Of a stretch of DNA of 64,000 nucleotides, positions 8,338 to 18,444 are shown in pieces. Origin of the DNA: Pseudomonadota bacterium (lineage in GTDB: Bacteria; Pseudomonadota; Alphaproteobacteria; Sphingomonadales; Sphingomonadaceae); the NCBI GenBank assembly GCA_040390365.1, contig JAZJYM010000001.1, positions 1,291 to 65,290 on the forward strand, in the 5' to 3' direction. Position 1 is the first letter of the stretch; every line of letters starts with the position of its first letter. The translations under genes and the position numbers were made by a program. Under the pieces are notes generated by a model that was given only the letters and a program-made list of their open reading frames with translations, was not told the origin of the DNA and searched no databases.

Positions 8338-9716
8338 TGGCGCTTGAAGTATTGGTCGTCGACGACGAAGCCGACATTCGCGACTTGGTCAGCGGGGTGC
8401 TCGAGGACGAAGGCTATACCGTGCGCACCGCGGCGGACAGCAATGGCACCCTGGAGGCGATCGAGGAGCGGCGGCCGTCAATGGTCCTGCTCGATGTCTG
8501 GCTCCGCGGTTCGCGGCTCGACGGGCTGCAGCTGCTGCAGGAGATCAAGCGCCGCGATTCGACGCTTCCGGTGCTGATGATTTCGGGCCACGGCAATCTC
8601 GACACCGCCGTCGCCGCGGTGCGCGAAGGAGCGATCGATTTCATCGAAAAGCCGTTCCAGGCCGAACGCCTGATTTACCTCGTCAACCGGGCGACCGAAA
8701 CCGATCGGCTGCGGCGGGAGAATGAGAGCCTTCGCCAGCAGGTCGGGCAGGAAGACCAGCTCCACGGCAGTTCGGTCGCGATCAACACCGTCCGCGCGAC
8801 CCTCAAGCGGGTCGCTCCAACCGGTAGCCGGGTGCTGATTTCCGGGCCCGCCGGGGTCGGCAAGGAAATTGCCGCGCGGATGATCCATCAATGGAGCCCG
8901 CGCGGCCGCTCGCCGTTCATCGTGCTGTCGGCGGCGATGATGAGCCCCGACCGCATCGAAGAGGAATTGTTCGGATCGGAAACCGACGGCGCGATGCGCC
9001 CGGGCCTGCTCGAACATGCCCATGGAGGCACATTGTTCCTCGACGAAATCGCCGACATGCCATTGAACACGCAGGCAAAAATCCTCCGCGTTCTGACCGA
9101 CCAAAGCTATCAGCGAGTCGGCGGTCAGCGCCCGGTCAAGGTCGATGTGCGGGTCCTGTCGGCGACCTCGCGCAATCTTCAGGACGAGATTGCGGCGGGG
9201 CGTTTCCGTGAGGATCTGTTCTACCGCCTCAATGTCGTCCCGGTGCGTCTGCCACCCTTGCGCGAGCGGCGCGAAGACATTCCCGAACTGGTCAGCCATT
9301 TCCTCGCCCGGATCGCCGCCGAGCGGCGGATGACCAGTCCGACCATCACCGAGGAAGCCATGGCCGCTCTCCAGGCGCATGAATGGCCGGGCAACATCCG
9401 GCAATTGCGCAATGTCATCGAGCGCACCTTGATCCTGTCGCCGGGCGACCGCGCGCAATGCATCGAGGTCGACCTTCTTCCGCCGGAAATCCTCGAAGGG
9501 CAGAGCCGGATGGCGGGCAATGCCGCAATGGCGATCATGGGCAGCCCGCTGCGCGAGGCGCGCGAAAGCTTCGAGCGCGAATATCTGCGGATCCAGATCC
9601 GGCGTTTTTCCGGCAACATCTCGCGCACCGCGACGTTCATCGGAATGGAGCGCTCGGCCCTTCACCGCAAGCTCAAGGCGCTCGGGATCGGCGACAAGCG
9701 CGAAGGCGAAGAATAG
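8337..9716 (+). CDS. ntrX: NtrX response regulator (REC-AAA+-HTH)
   Basis: Motifs LDVWL and GPAGVGKE; degenerate GAFTGA region; HTH ISRTATFIGMERSALHRKLK. Confidence 0.96.
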   Translation: MALEVLVVDDEADIRDLVSGVLEDEGYTVRTAADSNGTLEAIEERRPSMVLLDVWLRGSRLDGLQLLQEIKRRDSTLPVLMISGHGNLDTAVAAVREGAIDFIEKPFQAERLIYLVNRATETDRLRRENESLRQQVGQEDQLHGSSVAINTVRATLKRVAPTGSRVLISGPAGVGKEIAARMIHQWSPRGRSPFIVLSAAMMSPDRIEEELFGSETDGAMRPGLLEHAHGGTLFLDEIADMPLNTQAKILRVLTDQSYQRVGGQRPVKVDVRVLSATSRNLQDEIAAGRFREDLFYRLNVVPVRLPPLRERREDIPELVSHFLARIAAERRMTSPTITEEAMAALQAHEWPGNIRQLRNVIERTLILSPGDRAQCIEVDLLPPEILEGQSRMAGNAAMAIMGSPLREARESFEREYLRIQIRRFSGNISRTATFIGMERSALHRKLKALGIGDKREGEE

Positions 9717-9724
9717 GACACGAC

Positions 9725-11035
9725 CTGAACAATTTCGACGGCAATGGCGCGATGGAGGTCGCACGCGGGGAACGGGCGATCGTCGTCGTCCCCGAACTGC
9801 CGCGCGAACGCGGGCGGCGGTCGGGCGAAGCGCGGCTCGAGGAAGCGCAAGGGCTGGCTGAAGCGATCGGGATCACCGTCGTCGCAAGCCGCGGCTTTCG
9901 CGTTCGAGCCGTCCGTTCGGCGACCTTGCTGGGCAAGGGCCAGGTCGAGGAAGTCGCCGAATTGGCCAAAGCCAATGACGTCAAATTGCTGATTGTCGAC
10001 AGCGCCTTGACTCCGGTTCAGCAGAAAAACCTTGAGCAGGAGGTCGGGGCGAAGGTCATCGACCGGACCGGCCTTATCCTCGAGATATTCGGCGAGCGCG
10101 CTGCGACGGCTGAAGGGCGGATGCAGGTCGAACTGGCGCATCTCGACTATCAGGCTGGCCGTCTGGTGCGCAGCTGGACCCACCTCGAGCGCCAGCGCGG
10201 CGGTTTCGGCTTTCTCGGCGGCCCCGGCGAAACCCAGATCGAGGCCGATCGCCGCCTGATCCGTGACCGGATGGCGAAGATCAAGCGCGAACTCGACCAG
10301 GTCAAGCGAACGCGCACGCTGCACCGCGACCGGCGCCGGCGCGCGCCGTGGCCGGTGGTCGCGCTGGTCGGCTACACCAACGCCGGCAAGTCGACCCTGT
10401 TCAACCGCATGACCGGCGAGGACGTGTTCGCCGAAAACCTGCTGTTCGCGACTCTCGATCCGACCATGCGTGACGTCAGATTGGCGGGGTTCGACAAGGT
10501 CATCGTGTCGGACACGGTCGGGTTCGTGTCCGATCTTCCGACCGAGCTGATCGCTGCTTTTCGAGCGACGCTTGAGGAAGTGGCCTCGGCCGACCTCCTG
10601 ATCCACGTCCGCAACATGGCTCATCCCGACCGCGAGGCGCAGCGCGACGATGTGGTCGACGTATTGGCGTCACTCGGCCTCGGCGCGGAGGAGGGGGGTC
10701 CGCCGCGGATCGAGGGCTGGAACAAGCTTGACCTGCTCGACCCCGAGGAGCGCGAGCGCTTGACCGGCGAGGCCGCCCGGCGCGATGATGTCGTTCCGAT
10801 CTCGGCGCTGACTGGCGAGGGGATCGACGCCCTCAAGGAGCGGGTCGCCGAAGCCTTGCGCAAGGGCGAGCAGGTCCACGACATCCGCCTCGGCGCCAGC
10901 GAAGGCGGCAAAATCGCCTGGCTTCACGCGCGCGGCGAGGTGCTCGACCAGCATATGGAGGATGACGAAGTCGCGATGTCGGTTCGGCTATCGCCCGAAA
11001 ATTGGGCCCGGTTTCAGTCGGGCTTGCCGGCCTGA
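9725..11035 (+). CDS. hflX: GTPase HflX
   Basis: Motifs GYTNAGKSTL, LFATLDPT, DTVGF and NKLD. Start is uncertain: CTG 9725 after AGGA, or ATG 9752. Confidence 0.96.
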   Translation: MNNFDGNGAMEVARGERAIVVVPELPRERGRRSGEARLEEAQGLAEAIGITVVASRGFRVRAVRSATLLGKGQVEEVAELAKANDVKLLIVDSALTPVQQKNLEQEVGAKVIDRTGLILEIFGERAATAEGRMQVELAHLDYQAGRLVRSWTHLERQRGGFGFLGGPGETQIEADRRLIRDRMAKIKRELDQVKRTRTLHRDRRRRAPWPVVALVGYTNAGKSTLFNRMTGEDVFAENLLFATLDPTMRDVRLAGFDKVIVSDTVGFVSDLPTELIAAFRATLEEVASADLLIHVRNMAHPDREAQRDDVVDVLASLGLGAEEGGPPRIEGWNKLDLLDPEERERLTGEAARRDDVVPISALTGEGIDALKERVAEALRKGEQVHDIRLGASEGGKIAWLHARGEVLDQHMEDDEVAMSVRLSPENWARFQSGLPA

Positions 11036-11772
11036 GCACGCTTGGCGGCGACCCACAGCGCCTCCTTCTGATCCAGGCTCATCGCCTCGAACCCGGCTTC
11101 TCCCTCGATCGCTCGAAAGCGGGTTTCGAACTTTCGATTGGCTTGGCACAACGCGGCTTCCGGTTCGATATTGAGATGCCGTGCGAGGTTAACCACCGCG
11201 AATAAGAGATCGCCCAGTTCCTCGAACTGCCGCTGGTGTTCGGTTTCGGCGTCAAGCTCGGCCAGCTCTTCATCCACTTTCGTCCGCGGTCCCGATGGAT
11301 CGGGCCAGTCAAAGCCGGTGCGCGCCGCCCGCCGCTGGAGCTTGGCCGCGCGTTCAAGTGCCGGAAGCGCCAAAGCGACCCCGGCTAGCGCGCTGGGATC
11401 CTTCGACTTTGATCGTTCCGCTGCCTTGATCTCTTCCCATCCGGGACTGCTGTCAGCACTGCTGAAAATGTGCGGGTGGCGACGCTCGAGCTTGTCGCAA
11501 ACCCGCTCCATGACGTCAGCGAGCCCGAAATGGCCGGCTTCAGCCGCCATTTGTGCGTGAAAAACCACCTGGAGCTGAAGATCGCCGAGCTCATCGGCCA
11601 GCGCATCCATATCGTCGCGCTGGATGGCGTCGGCAACTTCATAGGCTTCCTCGATCGTGTAGGGGGCGATCGATGCGAAATCCTGCGCGCGATCCCAGTC
11701 GCAGCCCGACACGGGGTCGCGCAGCCGCTCCATGATCGCGGCCAGGCGCTCCAGACCGGACGACGCACTCAT
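11014..11772 (-). CDS. mazG: Nucleoside triphosphate pyrophosphohydrolase MazG
   Basis: Motifs IMERLRDP..GCDWD, EEAYEV, ELGDL and RRHPH. Confidence 0.96.
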   Translation of the reverse strand: MSASSGLERLAAIMERLRDPVSGCDWDRAQDFASIAPYTIEEAYEVADAIQRDDMDALADELGDLQLQVVFHAQMAAEAGHFGLADVMERVCDKLERRHPHIFSSADSSPGWEEIKAAERSKSKDPSALAGVALALPALERAAKLQRRAARTGFDWPDPSGPRTKVDEELAELDAETEHQRQFEELGDLLFAVVNLARHLNIEPEAALCQANRKFETRFRAIEGEAGFEAMSLDQKEALWVAAKRAQAGKPD

Positions 11773-11813
11773 CGAGGGGCCTCCAGGGGTGCGATCCGCG
11801 GCCTATCTGAAAG

Positions 11814-11833
11814 TATGATAATATGCATTATGT
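11814..11833. promoter_or_regulatory. AT-rich dyad (ATAAT-N4-ATTAT) about 45 nt upstream of mazG
   Basis: TATGATAATATGCATTATGT, strikingly AT-rich in a GC-rich context. Confidence 0.4.
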
Positions 11834-11850
11834 AAAGTTTACCACCAGGC

Positions 11851-12438
11851 TCACGGGACCATCACCAGCCAGCGCCCCTCGACCCCCCAACGGCTGAGGC
11901 TCGACAGGAAGTTCATTCCGAGCACGTTGAGATTATCGTTGTCGGCGACCTGGATCGCCATATCACGGCGCTCGATGCCGCCGACCGCGATCGTGTCGAC
12001 CCGGCCCGAAGCGACCCGGATAATACCGTTGCCGGTGCGGACCATCTGGTCGCGCTGCGGCGAAATCCTGATTCCGGCGCCTTTCGCGGTTGCTCGATCG
12101 ACCGTGGTCATGGTCGCTCCGCTATCGATCAGGAACTTCACTTCATGCCCGTTGAGCGAACCGATGATCCAGAAATGGCCGTCGATAGCCATTGGGATGC
12201 GGGTTTCTTTGCCCTGGACCACCGGTCCGCCGAGCGCTTCGGCCTTGAGCCGCTGCGCCACCCAGCCAAAATCGTCGCGGAAGGTGAACAGGACGAAACC
12301 GGCACCGAAGATCGCCACCCAGGCGAGCAGCATCTTGAGCAATTTGGCGAGCGGTTCGCGCCGCGACATGAGCACGCCGAGCATCAGCATCACCGCTATC
12401 AGCAGGTACACGCCGCCCAACATGGTGTCGTTCGCCAT
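11851..12438 (-). CDS. Retropepsin-like clan AA aspartic protease (TIGR02281-type), membrane anchored
   Basis: Motifs DGHFWI, FLIDSGATMT and LGMNFLS; two N-terminal TM helices. Confidence 0.92.
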   Translation of the reverse strand: MANDTMLGGVYLLIAVMLMLGVLMSRREPLAKLLKMLLAWVAIFGAGFVLFTFRDDFGWVAQRLKAEALGGPVVQGKETRIPMAIDGHFWIIGSLNGHEVKFLIDSGATMTTVDRATAKGAGIRISPQRDQMVRTGNGIIRVASGRVDTIAVGGIERRDMAIQVADNDNLNVLGMNFLSSLSRWGVEGRWLVMVP

Positions 12439-13202
12439 CAGACGGCGATTTCCAGCCCGTCATGGGCCGGCGCCGCCCAATCGGGCAATTCGCGCAATAA
12501 GGTCGCATAATCCAGGCCATTGCCCATGTGGGTCAGATAAAGCTGTCCGACCTTGCAGTCACGCGCCCAGCCGAGCACCGCGTCGAGATGGGCATGGGTC
12601 GGATGCGGACTGCGCGTCAGGCAATCGGCAATCCAGATGTCGGCGCCTTCGTACAAGGCTGCCATGTCGTCGGTGAACGCATTGAAATCTATCCCATAAG
12701 CGACCGACCTTCCGTCCTCTTCGAAGCGCATTCCAAGAGTCGAGATGGAGCCGTGGGGCTGGTCCACGAACCGCGCGGTGGCACTGCCTACGGCAAGTTC
12801 ATCGCCGATCGGCCTGGCTTCGGCGATCGGACGATAGAAATCCGACTGGGCAAAGGCGTAAGCGAAGCGCTGTTTGACCGCCTTGAGGGTGGCGGCGCGC
12901 GCGTAGATCGGCACCGGCCCCCCGATCTTGGCTGACAGCGGGCGCAGATCGTCGATTCCGTGAACATGGTCGCCGTGATCATGGGTGACGATCAGGCCGT
13001 CGATCTGGCTGACGTCAGCAGCGAGCAATTGGGTGCGCAGGTCCGGCCCGCAATCGACCAATATCCGGGCGCCGTTCGCTTCGACCAGGATCGACGAGCG
13101 CAGCCGGCGGTTGCGCGGTTCGGCGGGATCGCATTGACCCCAGTCATTGCCGATCTTGGGCACTCCGGTCGATGTCCCGCACCCCAGGATCCTGACCTTC
13201 AC
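12438..13202 (-). CDS. MBL-fold metallohydrolase (PhnP/YcbL-like)
   Basis: Motifs GCGTSTGVP, THDHGDHVHG, HPTH and AHDGL. Confidence 0.93.
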   Translation of the reverse strand: MKVRILGCGTSTGVPKIGNDWGQCDPAEPRNRRLRSSILVEANGARILVDCGPDLRTQLLAADVSQIDGLIVTHDHGDHVHGIDDLRPLSAKIGGPVPIYARAATLKAVKQRFAYAFAQSDFYRPIAEARPIGDELAVGSATARFVDQPHGSISTLGMRFEEDGRSVAYGIDFNAFTDDMAALYEGADIWIADCLTRSPHPTHAHLDAVLGWARDCKVGQLYLTHMGNGLDYATLLRELPDWAAPAHDGLEIAV

Positions 13203-13981
13203 GCAGCGGCCTTGCCGAACAAGCGGAAGAAGTTGGCGGTGGTGGCATCGGCCAGTGAGTCGGGCGTTTCATCGCGCAAATTGGCGACGAAAGCGGCAGT
13301 GTCGGCGACGAACGCGGGCTCGCACGTCTGGCCGCGGTTGGGAACGGGCGCGAGGAAGGGCGAGTCGGTTTCCACCAGAAGCATGTCCTGGGGAATGAAT
13401 TTCGCGGTTTCCTGAAGGTCCTGCGCGTTCTTGAAGGTGACGATGCCCGATAGCGACACGTAAAAACCGAGGTCGAGCCCGATGCGTGCAAGCTCGGCCG
13501 AACCGGTGAAACAGTGCAGTACGCCGGCCACGCCCCCTCCCTGCCCGACGGCCGACCTCAGGATTTGGGCGGTATCGTCTTCGGCGTCGCGGGTGTGGAT
13601 GACGAGCGGCAATCCGGTCGCCCGCGCCGCCTCGATATGCGCTTCGAACCGCTCGCGCTGGGCGCCGCGGTCGGACTTGTCGTAATAATAATCGAGTCCA
13701 CATTCGCCGATGGCGACGACCTTGGGGTGATCCGCGCCCTCGATCAGCGCGGCGGCGCCGAGGTCGGGATGGGCGTCGGCCTCGTGCGGGTGAACTCCGA
13801 CGCTCGCCCAGACGTCGGGATTGCGTTCCGCAGTAGCGATGATCGCGCCCCATTCGCTTTGCCGCGTCGAAATATTGAGGAATCCGGCCACGCCCCGCGC
13901 CCGGGCGGCGTCGAGCACCTCGTCCTGGCGCTCGACCAGCCCCTCGTAATTGAGGTGGCAATGGCTGTCGATCAGCCTCAT
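13199..13981 (-). CDS. tatD: TatD family hydrolase
   Basis: Motifs IDSHCHL, GVHPH, IGECGLDY and ETDSPFL. Confidence 0.95.
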   Translation of the reverse strand: MRLIDSHCHLNYEGLVERQDEVLDAARARGVAGFLNISTRQSEWGAIIATAERNPDVWASVGVHPHEADAHPDLGAAALIEGADHPKVVAIGECGLDYYYDKSDRGAQRERFEAHIEAARATGLPLVIHTRDAEDDTAQILRSAVGQGGGVAGVLHCFTGSAELARIGLDLGFYVSLSGIVTFKNAQDLQETAKFIPQDMLLVETDSPFLAPVPNRGQTCEPAFVADTAAFVANLRDETPDSLADATTANFFRLFGKAAA

Positions 13982-15495
13982 TGCGGATCCCCCTCCTCCA
14001 GCTCGAGCCGGGGGAAGAGCGCAAGCGGCTGGGCAATCGGCTGGCCGTTGTCGCCGGCGGCGATCGCGGCGAGGAGCCGAGCGGAGGATTCGGGGATGAC
14101 TGGAGCGATTCCCAGAGCCAGTTGACCGATGGCCGCGGCCAAAGTCCCAAGAACCGCCGTCATGCGCTCGGGATCGGTCTTGCGCAGCGCCCACGGCGCC
14201 ATTGCATCGACATAGGCATTGCACGCGAAGACCGCCTTCATCCACGCTTCAATCCCGACGGAAAAAGCGTATTTTCCAAATGCTTGCGGCATATCGTCGG
14301 CGCAGGCCGAGCGGACCGTCGCAAGCAGTTCCAGGTCTTCCGCCGCTTCACCCGCTGCGGGTATGATCCCGTCCAGATTCTTGAAGATCATCGACAAGGT
14401 ACGCTGGGCGAGATTGCCGAAGCTGTTTGCAAGCTCGGCATTGGCGCGGGTGACGATCGCTTCGGCGCTATAGCTTCCGTCCTGGCCGAACGGCACTTCG
14501 CGGAGCAGGAAATAGCGCAAGGCATCGACTCCGAAGCGTTTCGCGAGGACCATCGGGTCAACGACATTGCCGACGCTTTTCGACATCTTTTCGCCGCGGC
14601 TGAGGAGGAAGCCGTGGCCGAATATCTGTTTGGGAAGCGGGATTCCCGCCGACATCAGGAAGGCCGGCCAATAGACCGCGTGGAAGCGGACCACGTCCTT
14701 GCCGATCAAATGGACTGCCGCAGGCCAAAATTCGCGCCACAATTCGGTGTCGTCGGGATAGCCGAGGCCGGTGATGTAATTGGTCAAAGCATCGAGCCAC
14801 ACGTACATGACGTGGCCGGTGTCCGAGCCGTCGCTGTCCGGCACCGGAACGCCCCAGTCGAAGCTGGTGCGCGAGATGCTGAGGTCCTTGAGGCCGCCCT
14901 CGACGAAGCGGAGGATTTCATTGCGGCGGCTGTCGGGCTGGATGAACTCGGGGTTGGCGGCATAATGGTCGAGCAACCGCTGCTGGTAGTCCGACAATCT
15001 GAAAAACCAGCTGGCTTCCTCGGTCCATTCGACCGGAGCGCCGTTCGGCGACAGTTTTTCGCCCCCCTCCCCGTCGATCAGCTCCGATTCCTCGTAAAAG
15101 GCTTCGTCGCGAACCGAATAAAAGCCGGCGTAGCTGTCGACGTAGAGGTCCCCCTTCTCCGCCATTGCGGTCCAGATCGCTTGGCTGGCGCGATAATGAT
15201 CGTCCTCCGACGTCCCGATAAAACGATCATAGGATACATTAAGAGTGTCGCACATATCTTTGAACAATAACGACATCTTTTGTGCGTAAATGCGTGGCTC
15301 GGACCCCTCTGCACGCGCCGCCTGGGCCATTTTGAGGCCATGCTCGTCGGTCCCGGTCTGGAAGCGCACGTCGCGCCCCTGCGAGCGCATGAACCGGGCG
15401 ATGGCGTCGGCGGCGATCGCCTCATAAGCGTGACCGATGTGCGGCGGCCCATTGGGATAGCTGATCGCGGTCGTGATGTAGAAGGGCTCGGCCAT
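13978..15495 (-). CDS. metG: Methionine-tRNA ligase (short form)
   Basis: Motifs YPNGPPHIGHAYE and KMSKS. Confidence 0.98.
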   Translation of the reverse strand: MAEPFYITTAISYPNGPPHIGHAYEAIAADAIARFMRSQGRDVRFQTGTDEHGLKMAQAARAEGSEPRIYAQKMSLLFKDMCDTLNVSYDRFIGTSEDDHYRASQAIWTAMAEKGDLYVDSYAGFYSVRDEAFYEESELIDGEGGEKLSPNGAPVEWTEEASWFFRLSDYQQRLLDHYAANPEFIQPDSRRNEILRFVEGGLKDLSISRTSFDWGVPVPDSDGSDTGHVMYVWLDALTNYITGLGYPDDTELWREFWPAAVHLIGKDVVRFHAVYWPAFLMSAGIPLPKQIFGHGFLLSRGEKMSKSVGNVVDPMVLAKRFGVDALRYFLLREVPFGQDGSYSAEAIVTRANAELANSFGNLAQRTLSMIFKNLDGIIPAAGEAAEDLELLATVRSACADDMPQAFGKYAFSVGIEAWMKAVFACNAYVDAMAPWALRKTDPERMTAVLGTLAAAIGQLALGIAPVIPESSARLLAAIAAGDNGQPIAQPLALFPRLELEEGDPQ

Positions 15496-15519
15496 GGCCC
15501 GTGCCCTAGCGGGGCCGGC

Positions 15520-16512
15520 CTAGCGCTTCAAGGAAGGCGAAGCCGAGATGCTGGCGAGATAGCCGCCCATCTGGAACACCGTGGCCGCCGGATCGAGCGA
15601 GACCCGCGGCGCGATCGCGGCGAGTTCGCGCGCCTTGGCATAAGCATCGAGCGCGCGCTCGCGCTTGCCGCCGTCGAGCTGGCGCGCTTCGCGGGCAATC
15701 ATCGCCGGAACGAAATCGAGGAAGGCGGCATATTTCTCCGCCGAGCCTTTCTTGCCCAGCTCATTGGCCAGTTCCGACCGTCTGGCGTTGGTCGGGTCAC
15801 CGTCGCGCAGGATCGCAAGCGCCGAATCCTCGAGTTTGGCGAGCCCCAATTGGCTGAACGCCAGCGCCCGGCTGACCGATCCGCCGGCCATTGCGATGAC
15901 CCGGCGGCGCTCGGAATCGCTCCCGGAACCAGTGTCGCGATCCAGGATCGACGCCATGACGTCATCGTCAAGTGTCTGGAAATCAAGCCTTATGCTGCGC
16001 GACCTAATCGTCGGAAGCAATTTGCCCGGAGCGTTGCTGACGAGGAAGATAATGGTGTTGGGGGGCGGCTCTTCAAGCATTTTCAGAAGAGCATTGGCGG
16101 CCGGCCCTTCAAGATCGTCAATGCTGTCGATGACCGCGATCCGCCAGCCGGACATGGCGGCCGACATGCCCATGAAATGGCCGAGCTCGCGGATTTGCTC
16201 GATCTTGATGCCGCGGTTCAGATTGCCAGTCTTTTCGTTCGTCACACGCTCGATCCAGCGCATGTCGGGATGGCTTGCGGCATTGATCAATTTGACCATC
16301 GCATGGTCAGCCGGACATTCGAGCAGGGGCAGGTCGAAGGCCGGGCCCGCCGCCTCGGCCAAAACGCGCCGCGCCGCCGCCCCAGCGAAGCTCGCCTTGC
16401 CGACGCCCTTGGGACCGGCGAGCAACCAGGCATGGTGGACTTTGCGCGTCGCCCAGGCGGCGGCGAACTGGGTTACTGCGCGGTCCTGGCCCAAAATAGC
16501 CGTGGCGCTCAT
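15520..16512 (-). CDS. holB: DNA polymerase III subunit delta'
   Basis: Motifs HAWLLAGPKGVGKA, ANALLKMLEEPP and TIRSR; adjacent to tmk. Confidence 0.93.
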   Translation of the reverse strand: MSATAILGQDRAVTQFAAAWATRKVHHAWLLAGPKGVGKASFAGAAARRVLAEAAGPAFDLPLLECPADHAMVKLINAASHPDMRWIERVTNEKTGNLNRGIKIEQIRELGHFMGMSAAMSGWRIAVIDSIDDLEGPAANALLKMLEEPPPNTIIFLVSNAPGKLLPTIRSRSIRLDFQTLDDDVMASILDRDTGSGSDSERRRVIAMAGGSVSRALAFSQLGLAKLEDSALAILRDGDPTNARRSELANELGKKGSAEKYAAFLDFVPAMIAREARQLDGGKRERALDAYAKARELAAIAPRVSLDPAATVFQMGGYLASISASPSLKR

Positions 16513-17129
16513 GGCAGCAGGTCCGCAATTGCGTCCACCAGGCGCCTGGTGACCTCTTGCTGGCTGCCCGACGCGTCGATGATCCGCACCCGCTCCGGTT
16601 CTTCCGCAGCGATCAGCCGAAATGCCAGATCGACCTTCTGGTGATAGGCTTCGGGCCGGCCGCCGATGCGGTCGCTGCCGTCGTCATCGCGGGCCCGCGC
16701 CCGGGCACCGCCTTGCGCCAGTGCCAGGATCAGCGTTCGATCCGGAAACCACTCGTCGATCCCAAAGGCATTGATCGCCCGAACCGCTTCGATTCCAAGG
16801 TCGCCCGCACCGCCCTGATAAGCCAGCGAACTGTCGACGAACCGGTCCGACAAGACCCATTTGCCGGCCACGATCGCCGGCCGGATCACCTTGTCGACAT
16901 GGTCGGTTCGAGCAGCGGCGAACAACAAGGCTTCCGCCTCGGCGCTCCAGCGGTCGTCTTCTCCGCTCAACAACAAGCCGCGGATGGCCTCCGCACCGGG
17001 ACTCCCGCCGGGTTCGCGCGTTTCAACCACCTCTACGCCGCGTCGGCGCAGTTCCTCTGCGAGCGCTCGGACCTGGGTCGATTTGCCGGCCCCCTCCCCG
17101 CCTTCGAGGCTGATGAATTTTCCGCGCAT
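16509..17129 (-). CDS. tmk: Thymidylate kinase
   Basis: Motifs EGGEGAGKSTQ, REPGG and DRFVDSS. Confidence 0.97.
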   Translation of the reverse strand: MRGKFISLEGGEGAGKSTQVRALAEELRRRGVEVVETREPGGSPGAEAIRGLLLSGEDDRWSAEAEALLFAAARTDHVDKVIRPAIVAGKWVLSDRFVDSSLAYQGGAGDLGIEAVRAINAFGIDEWFPDRTLILALAQGGARARARDDDGSDRIGGRPEAYHQKVDLAFRLIAAEEPERVRIIDASGSQQEVTRRLVDAIADLLP

Positions 17130-17138
17130 ATCCTTTTA

Positions 17139-17222
17139 GTACCCCTGCGAAGGCAGGGGTCCAGTCCGCTGCCACCGGCAGCGCTTTCGCGCTGGTCTGG
17201 GCTCCTGCCTTCGCAGGAGCAC
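17139..17222. repeat. REP-like palindromic element (CCCCTGCGAAGGCAGGGG / CTCCTGCCTTCGCAGGAG type)
   Basis: Two inverted self-complementary arms with CCAG/CTGG inner ends, filling the dacA-tmk spacer. Confidence 0.8.
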
Positions 17223-18400
17223 TATGCGAGCCCCAGCATTTGCTTCAGCCCGATCCATGCGCGGCCGAAGAAACCGGCTTTGGCGACATCTTCGCCGGCG
17301 ATCAGCGGCATGACCTGCTCGCCCGAATCGCTGGTGGTGACGACCAGATCGGCGACATGATCGCCCTTGCGGATCGGCGCCGCGAGCGGGCCCTGGTAGC
17401 GAATTTTCGTAGCGACGATCTTCGACAGCACACCCGCCGGCATGGTCACCGAATAGGCCCGCGGAGTGACCAGCGGCACGTCGCTGTCCGACCCCAGCTG
17501 GACCTTCGCGCTGCCGATCGCCTGGCCCGCCTTGTACAGCGGCTTGGTCTGCCAGGCGTTGAAGCCCCATTGCATCAGCCGCACCGATTCCTCGATCCGC
17601 TGGTTGAAGCTGTCGAGCCCGGCGACGACCATGACCAGCCGGCGGCCATTTTGTTCGGCCGATCCGGTAAAGCCATAGCCGGCTTCGTCGGTGTGGCCGG
17701 TCTTGAGCCCGTCGGCGCCGGGGACCCGCCCGAGCAAGGGGTTGCGATTGGCCTGGGTGATGTCCTTGCCCGAACCCAGGGTCTTGCCCCAGGTGAACTG
17801 CGTCTGGCCGTAAAATTTGCGATAGAGATCGGGGTAATTTTCGAACTCGGCTCGGGCCAGTGCGGCAAGATCGCGCGCTGTGACATAGGTCCGCCCCTCG
17901 TCCGGCCAGCCGTTGGAATTGCCGAAATGACTGTTGGTCAGGCCGAGCCTCTTGGCATTGTCGTTCATGACATTGGCGAAGGCTTCCTCGGTCCCGGCGA
18001 TGCACTCGGCCAGGACGACCGACGCGTCATTGCCCGACAGAGTGACGATTCCGTGGAGCAGGTTTTCGACGCTGACCTGTTCGTTGGGCGACAGGAACAT
18101 GGTCGAGCCCGCCGCCGGGCCATGCCATTTCTGCCAGGTTTCGGGCCGAACGACGCACATCCGGTCGAGCTTGAGATCGCCCTGCTTGATCAGCTCGAAC
18201 GCCACGTTGGTGGTCATCATCTTGGCCATCGATGCGGGTGGCATGCGCTGGTCGGCGTTCTTGTCGAGCAGCACCGCCCCGGACGAAAGATCGATCAGGA
18301 AGGCGTTTCGAGCCGGGGTTTCGAAGGGCGGCGCGGTCGCCGAGGCGGCGGCTGCGATCAATGCTGATGTGGCAAGTGCGAACAAGCGGACTGGAGTCAT
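17222..18400 (-). CDS. dacA: D-alanyl-D-alanine carboxypeptidase (PBP5/6)
   Basis: Motifs PASMAK (SxxK), SGND (SxN) and KTG; signal peptide from MTPVRL. Confidence 0.95.
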   Translation of the reverse strand: MTPVRLFALATSALIAAAASATAPPFETPARNAFLIDLSSGAVLLDKNADQRMPPASMAKMMTTNVAFELIKQGDLKLDRMCVVRPETWQKWHGPAAGSTMFLSPNEQVSVENLLHGIVTLSGNDASVVLAECIAGTEEAFANVMNDNAKRLGLTNSHFGNSNGWPDEGRTYVTARDLAALARAEFENYPDLYRKFYGQTQFTWGKTLGSGKDITQANRNPLLGRVPGADGLKTGHTDEAGYGFTGSAEQNGRRLVMVVAGLDSFNQRIEESVRLMQWGFNAWQTKPLYKAGQAIGSAKVQLGSDSDVPLVTPRAYSVTMPAGVLSKIVATKIRYQGPLAAPIRKGDHVADLVVTTSDSGEQVMPLIAGEDVAKAGFFGRAWIGLKQMLGLA

Positions 18401-18444
18401 GACGAACGGTGGTTCCTGATCTCGGCGATGGCGGATGCCCCTTC

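Noticed and set aside
9383-9724. 114-aa N-terminal extension of HflX, and similar track extensions on tatD, dxr, tsf, dacA, bamA, proS and kup
   Set aside because: These overlap upstream genes or spacers; downstream starts fit RBS position and family length better.
14812-14845. Short SDG-like duplication in MetG (VPDSDGSDTGHVMY)
   Set aside because: A small insertion in a variable loop with no sign of functional consequence.
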